This document shows positions 59,282 through 64,000 of a stretch of DNA of 64,000 bases, piece after piece. Below the pieces are notes generated by a model. The model had not been told where the DNA came from. It worked only from the letters and a program-made list of their open reading frames with translations, and did no database searches. How positions within the stretch are numbered: the first letter of the stretch is position 1; each line of letters starts with the position of its first letter. Source of the DNA: Lobosporangium transversale (lineage: Eukaryota); contig NW_019028991.1 in NCBI RefSeq assembly GCF_002105155.1, forward strand, positions 620,001 to 684,000, given 5' to 3'. Position numbers and translations under genes: made by a program.

Positions 59282-62200
59282 TCATGCACAGCTTTGCAGG
59301 TGCTGTATCCACTTGATAAGATTGCATGCAGCTATTAAAGATGGGCAACGGTGTCGTCCTAGCTGTGGCCGTTGTATCTGCTTGTTAAACTCATGAAGTA
59401 AATTGGAAACGCCTGCTATCAGATTTACCAGGCCGCCATTCATAAAGCCTACTAGCCTGCCATCAAGATCTGCTTCTATCATCTACAAAAATCAACTTTT
59501 TTTTTAAAGGCCATTCATGTACCACAAGATTTATGTAGACGCTGGAATACATACCAATTTTATGATAGTAAGAATGTTGACAGCGTTACAGGCCATTTTT
59601 TCAATTAAAAGGTACATCAATGTTGTCGGACTACCTGTTTCATTTTCGTCAGGACCACAAACACTATCATATTCGCATGTATCATTAACCTCCTCAGGCG
59701 GGACAATACTAGCAGGGTCTGGTAGAACTTTTTTACTTATGACCGCTCTTCTCCACTGTTGTTGCAACAGTGTCGCTTCTAAAATCCATCGCTGTAAGAG
59801 CTGTTGCGCAAGTACAGGCCCCGCATGCTTCACCAGTCGATTAATGAAAAGTTCCTCATGGCTATTGGCATAGACACCAACCAGCAGCCTCCAAACAGTC
59901 CTACTATCTGCCTATTAGGGGATTCAAAATTATTTAATCAACATATCCTTTGGAACCCTTACATTATAATAATAATAAAAAAAGATATGGGCATAATCCA
60001 TATTACGTCTGCTCTTACAGAACCAATGAGAATATCAGTTAGAGTGTCAACAAGCAAATCAAGGTAGCTAAGCAGTTCGTCCCTTGTCTCAGCTGGTGTA
60101 GCGCATTCCATATCCTGTCCTCGTATATTGTGTAATCGACGAATAATTAACTCTATAAGGCTAGTTACTAGCTTTGCAAGAACATATCCCTGTGACTCAT
60201 CACTTTCGTTGAGGAATTTGTTTATGGCGATTGCAAACCATATTATGACTGCAAGATCATCAGCTGAAATCCAAAAAGTGTGAGGGCGACACAAATGTGT
60301 CTTGACTAACAAAAAAGTTCCAAGAATTGCGATATGGACCTTGGTGTATTGCGTTGTAGATGGTGGCTGCTGCAAATAATGTATATTCTTGTTGGTTTGC
60401 TCTAGACTTTCTTCTATTATTTCCTGGATGACAACCCAGAGCGATGGTAGAGCTTGTGGGTCGTCATCAAAGATGCTTTCTATGAAAGGAAGAGAAAATG
60501 AAAATCCTTTAATAAATGACTGAGAAGTCATATGTATAATGAGACATAGTCCTCTAAGACTAGGTATGTCTTTACCTCTGCAGTGCTCGCTAAAAAATAT
60601 GAGTAGTTTTAGCGTAGAACCGAATGCGCAGTAAAATACGTCTTCATCTTCAACCATTTCGTTCTGGATGGTTTCAATGTAAAGCAGGAGGCGTTCAATA
60701 CCTTTTCAAATATTTGAACGTTAGCTTGATACACAATATAGAGCATCCTATAGACATAACTGAGGAAACTGCTGAGAAATGCTTCGGCATTTTACCTGCA
60801 GAGGGCTCTGTCATGATTATTTCCCATTTAAGTAGAGGATCCTGGCCTTCAGGAGCGTTTAGTAAAGGCACAATCGAATCGAACACCTGCCAGAAGTAGC
60901 TCATCACTGATCCAGCTATCATTATTAGTGATAAGATGGTTATACGATAGCCCAATTTAGGTATCAAATCCTAACATACCCTCAGGCATAATTTCTGCGC
61001 TGGAAAGCTGGGTACATATCCAGCTGGCAATAGGCTCGAGAGCCAGCTTTGGAGTCTGTTCGAAGGCATCGTAGTGTCCCTCAATGCTAACAGCTGTCAT
61101 CCTGACGATGCTGCATAGTACATAAAGGATATGTCGTGTTTTAAGGTCGTCGCACTCAACATCTTTAGATTCAGCCACATGGCATGCCAGTTTGAATAAA
61201 TCCTATGCAAGCAATACCATCCAAGTGCTTGAAAATGAGAAGCCATCTAAGCTCTTTGTAACATCATTTTTTGCTCATAACTTACCTTCATGGAGCAGAG
61301 AGCGCTTGGATAACCCAGGATCATAAGTGAAATGTACTGTACCATGCTAGATTCCATGAGTTTCATCTGTCTGACAGGCTCAACAGGAAAATGCTTGAGC
61401 AGCCATATCAACATCTATGGTTATAGAGCCACTAATTAGCTCCACAATCACCCGAGTGAAATCAGGCCCAATAACTTATTTAGAGATTGACGTGTACCAA
61501 TTCCTGAAATGTCTCATCTGAAGGGTGCGGCCCGTGCCTGCCACGATTCCAGTTGTGTCTCCAAATCCAAGGCAAAATATCCTGTAGGCAGTCTTCAATC
61601 ACTCTTTTGCAGAATCCCCCTTCTGGGCCGCATATTGATTGTCTAATACCGCTCATGATCCTTAGGAAGGTGAAAGGCCTAGTTTCGACACCTTTTGGCT
61701 CCAGCTTACTTTCCGTCCTCTATGATGGCGCAGTAAAAAGTAACGTTGAGGGCGAAGGCATACTAGAGATATCTTCAATGTGCTCAATCTATTGAAGGCT
61801 TACAATATATATCCATGTTAATTGTATCCAACTCGAGCCATAAAAATGTTCGAGTCTTTTCTCTTTCGCGACCAATTTCAAAATAGACTCATGAAAATGC
61901 TTTATATCTCTATTTTCGAGCACAGTGTTGTCAAACAAGGTTAGTTACAAGTGAATAGATGCTTAAGACTCTGCTATGACTGCAAGAATTTACCCGGAAG
62001 GTCTGCATCTTTTGTAGCGTAGATAAATTATAGCTACCGCCCATCGTTGGCATTCCTGGAACAACTCCTGAGATAAATTCGCGAAGCTATCTTTGCAAAT
62101 GAACGATGCCAAGCTATCACCTGGGCAGTGCATCAGAAAGAGAACCATAAGTAGCCAATTCGCTTTAATGCTTTGTCGAATTGGAGAAGCTGAAAAGCCT

Positions 62201-63539
62201 TACTATTAATTGCCATGAGGGCATCTGGTGATGGGAACCTATCGCCTTGGCGAAAAGAAGTGCCGCTGTCGTGTGTACCAATAAAGATATTCCCATATTC
62301 AGTGATCGTAGTAACCAAGGCTCTACAAATGGCGCTATCCAGCGCAGTAGCTGTGGTTCTAGAGCATCTCAGTGCGTGAACAAGCAGATCATATTTATCT
62401 ACAAATGTATAAATTGTTAATACCTATTAGATAAACACCAATTGCAACGTGACAAGTTGAAAAGTATATATATAATAAAAGTAACTGGATTTAATTGGAC
62501 AAAAGCAAGGATTTACAAAGGCCGTTAACGAATTCTATTGCAGTTCGTTGGATCCAAGGGTCGGTATGGAGTTTTTTCAGATGCTGCAGTAACAACTCCA
62601 GACCGGTTATTAATTGGATGATTTCATTAGTGCATCCTGGTAACTTTTTTTTTTAAAAAAAAAAAAGAGAGAGAGAGCAAGTCGTGAATATATATGTGTA
62701 TGTAGTAGCTCTGATTCAAAACCTCTTACCTACCAAATGCCATGGCAGAAGGTAATGTTCATAAATCCGTAGAACTAAACATATAAGGTCTTTGAACACG
62801 GGTGATGTGAAGTCGTCTTCGCTTTCCAGAAGCGTGTATAAAATAGTAAGAATGGAAGCTAAAGCTTCCTCATCTGTGATTTAATGTCAAAAAAGTTTAA
62901 TAGAAGGGAAAAAATTAACCTTAATAATACCACAAATTCTTTTCGCAACTTGGGGCTCAGTTGACCCACATGAGAGAAGGAGCTGACGGAATGAGAGCCG
63001 ATCTAGACCATGTAACGAGATGCGTTGCTGGTGAATTCCTCCCAAAGCTTGATAGATTGGTGTAAAAAGATGAGTTATTAATGGCTCGATGACCAAGTAA
63101 TCAAATGTCCTGTTCTTGGCGGAATGGGTAGTGTCCTTCGAAGGCAATCTGTGGTAGGCCGCCTGCATGACATTGCATACTAATTCTAACTGTGGAGACA
63201 GAGCTATTTCATGGCTGAAAAGCTCGAGTCGACCTATGACGCGAAAAGGGATTGACTTAATCTATATATTGTCTGTAATATAACTTTTTCGGTTGAGTTG
63301 TTCCCCCTAGTTGTCTCATTTTATTCCGCTTTGTGAGTACCATGTAACGAAGTGAAGAGCATATCGAAGAGTTCTCTTGAAAACTCAAGAGTTTTGTTGA
63401 TGGTATTGTCAAGTTCTTCTGCTGAAAGCATAGCGCCCGAGCGTTCCATGAGCTGAGGGTCTTGCAATGCGACCAACTGTTTGAGTGTCCTTTCAAGCAC
63501 TGAAGCTACTTCTTGAATTTTGCATGCCCTCATCTTCAT
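59282..63539 (-). CDS. Unassigned multi-exon, probably alpha-helical protein; start and exon structure uncertain
   Basis: A run of minus-strand open segments with Leu/Ile-rich helical character, separated by short GT-AG introns. No motif recognised. Confidence 0.55.
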
Positions 63540-64000
63540 TACATAGAATGGATCTTTTGTGAACAGAAGGAGGATAAGTTTATTATGACCCCCAGCGAAG
63601 AGCTTCTTTCTTTTTCAAAGCTAATGTGAATGACATCACATGCCTTTATGAAGCCACCAAGCAACCAGTTAATCCAACCAGCCTAGACAGCCCAGACAAG
63701 TCTTATGCTTCGAAGTGTTTTGAAGTGCGTGGCTATCTTTTGGCTATGCTTTGAAGTATAAAGTGTGGATTTCTGTTCAGAAGGATATTGATGAAGAATG
63801 TATCACGGTTTCGGATCTATTTTTTACTCTGGATAATGTGCTTAATTGCCTATTGCATCGCCTTTGCACATAAACAAGTCTCAACGATTGGTCATAAAAA
63901 GTTATGAACGCAATCGGAATGCTGTCATTCACAACTCGCAGCACAGACGTTGTTCACAGCTTTTTTAAATACAAAGACACCAGGATTCACGTTATGAATT

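Overview
Intron-rich eukaryotic DNA with many long poly(A)/poly(T) tracts. Gene content and Crinkler style suggest an early-diverging fungus, probably Mortierellaceae (inferred). All family calls come from motif recognition by eye, with no database searches. Housekeeping genes: OTU1, GGA-type adaptor, LCB3/SGPP phosphatase, ARA2-like aldo-keto reductase, flavin amine oxidase, USP-domain protein, ORC4, an ET-domain protein, two F-box/LRR proteins, RAD16, a CSC1/OSCA channel, MAM3/CNNM, a fused Met8-Met1 siroheme synthase and one unassigned multi-exon gene. Two accessory regions interrupt them. (1) A ~10 kb island (~6.9-16.8 kb) holds a Tc1/mariner relic, a Crinkler NTPase + restriction-endonuclease effector, a dead second Crinkler, and two diverged, head-to-head relics of a Fanzor1 (eukaryotic TnpB-like RNA-guided nuclease). 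The ORF track does not show these as coherent genes. The + strand Fanzor copy has a spliceosomal intron, keeps RuvC-II, the zinc finger and RuvC-III, but has apparently lost RuvC-I. (2) A spliced Crypton-type tyrosine recombinase with a GCR1_C domain and all recognisable catalytic residues (21.6-24.8 kb) sits between two divergent genes. A 111-bp MITE-like element and an 8-nt micro-exon in OTU1 were also found.
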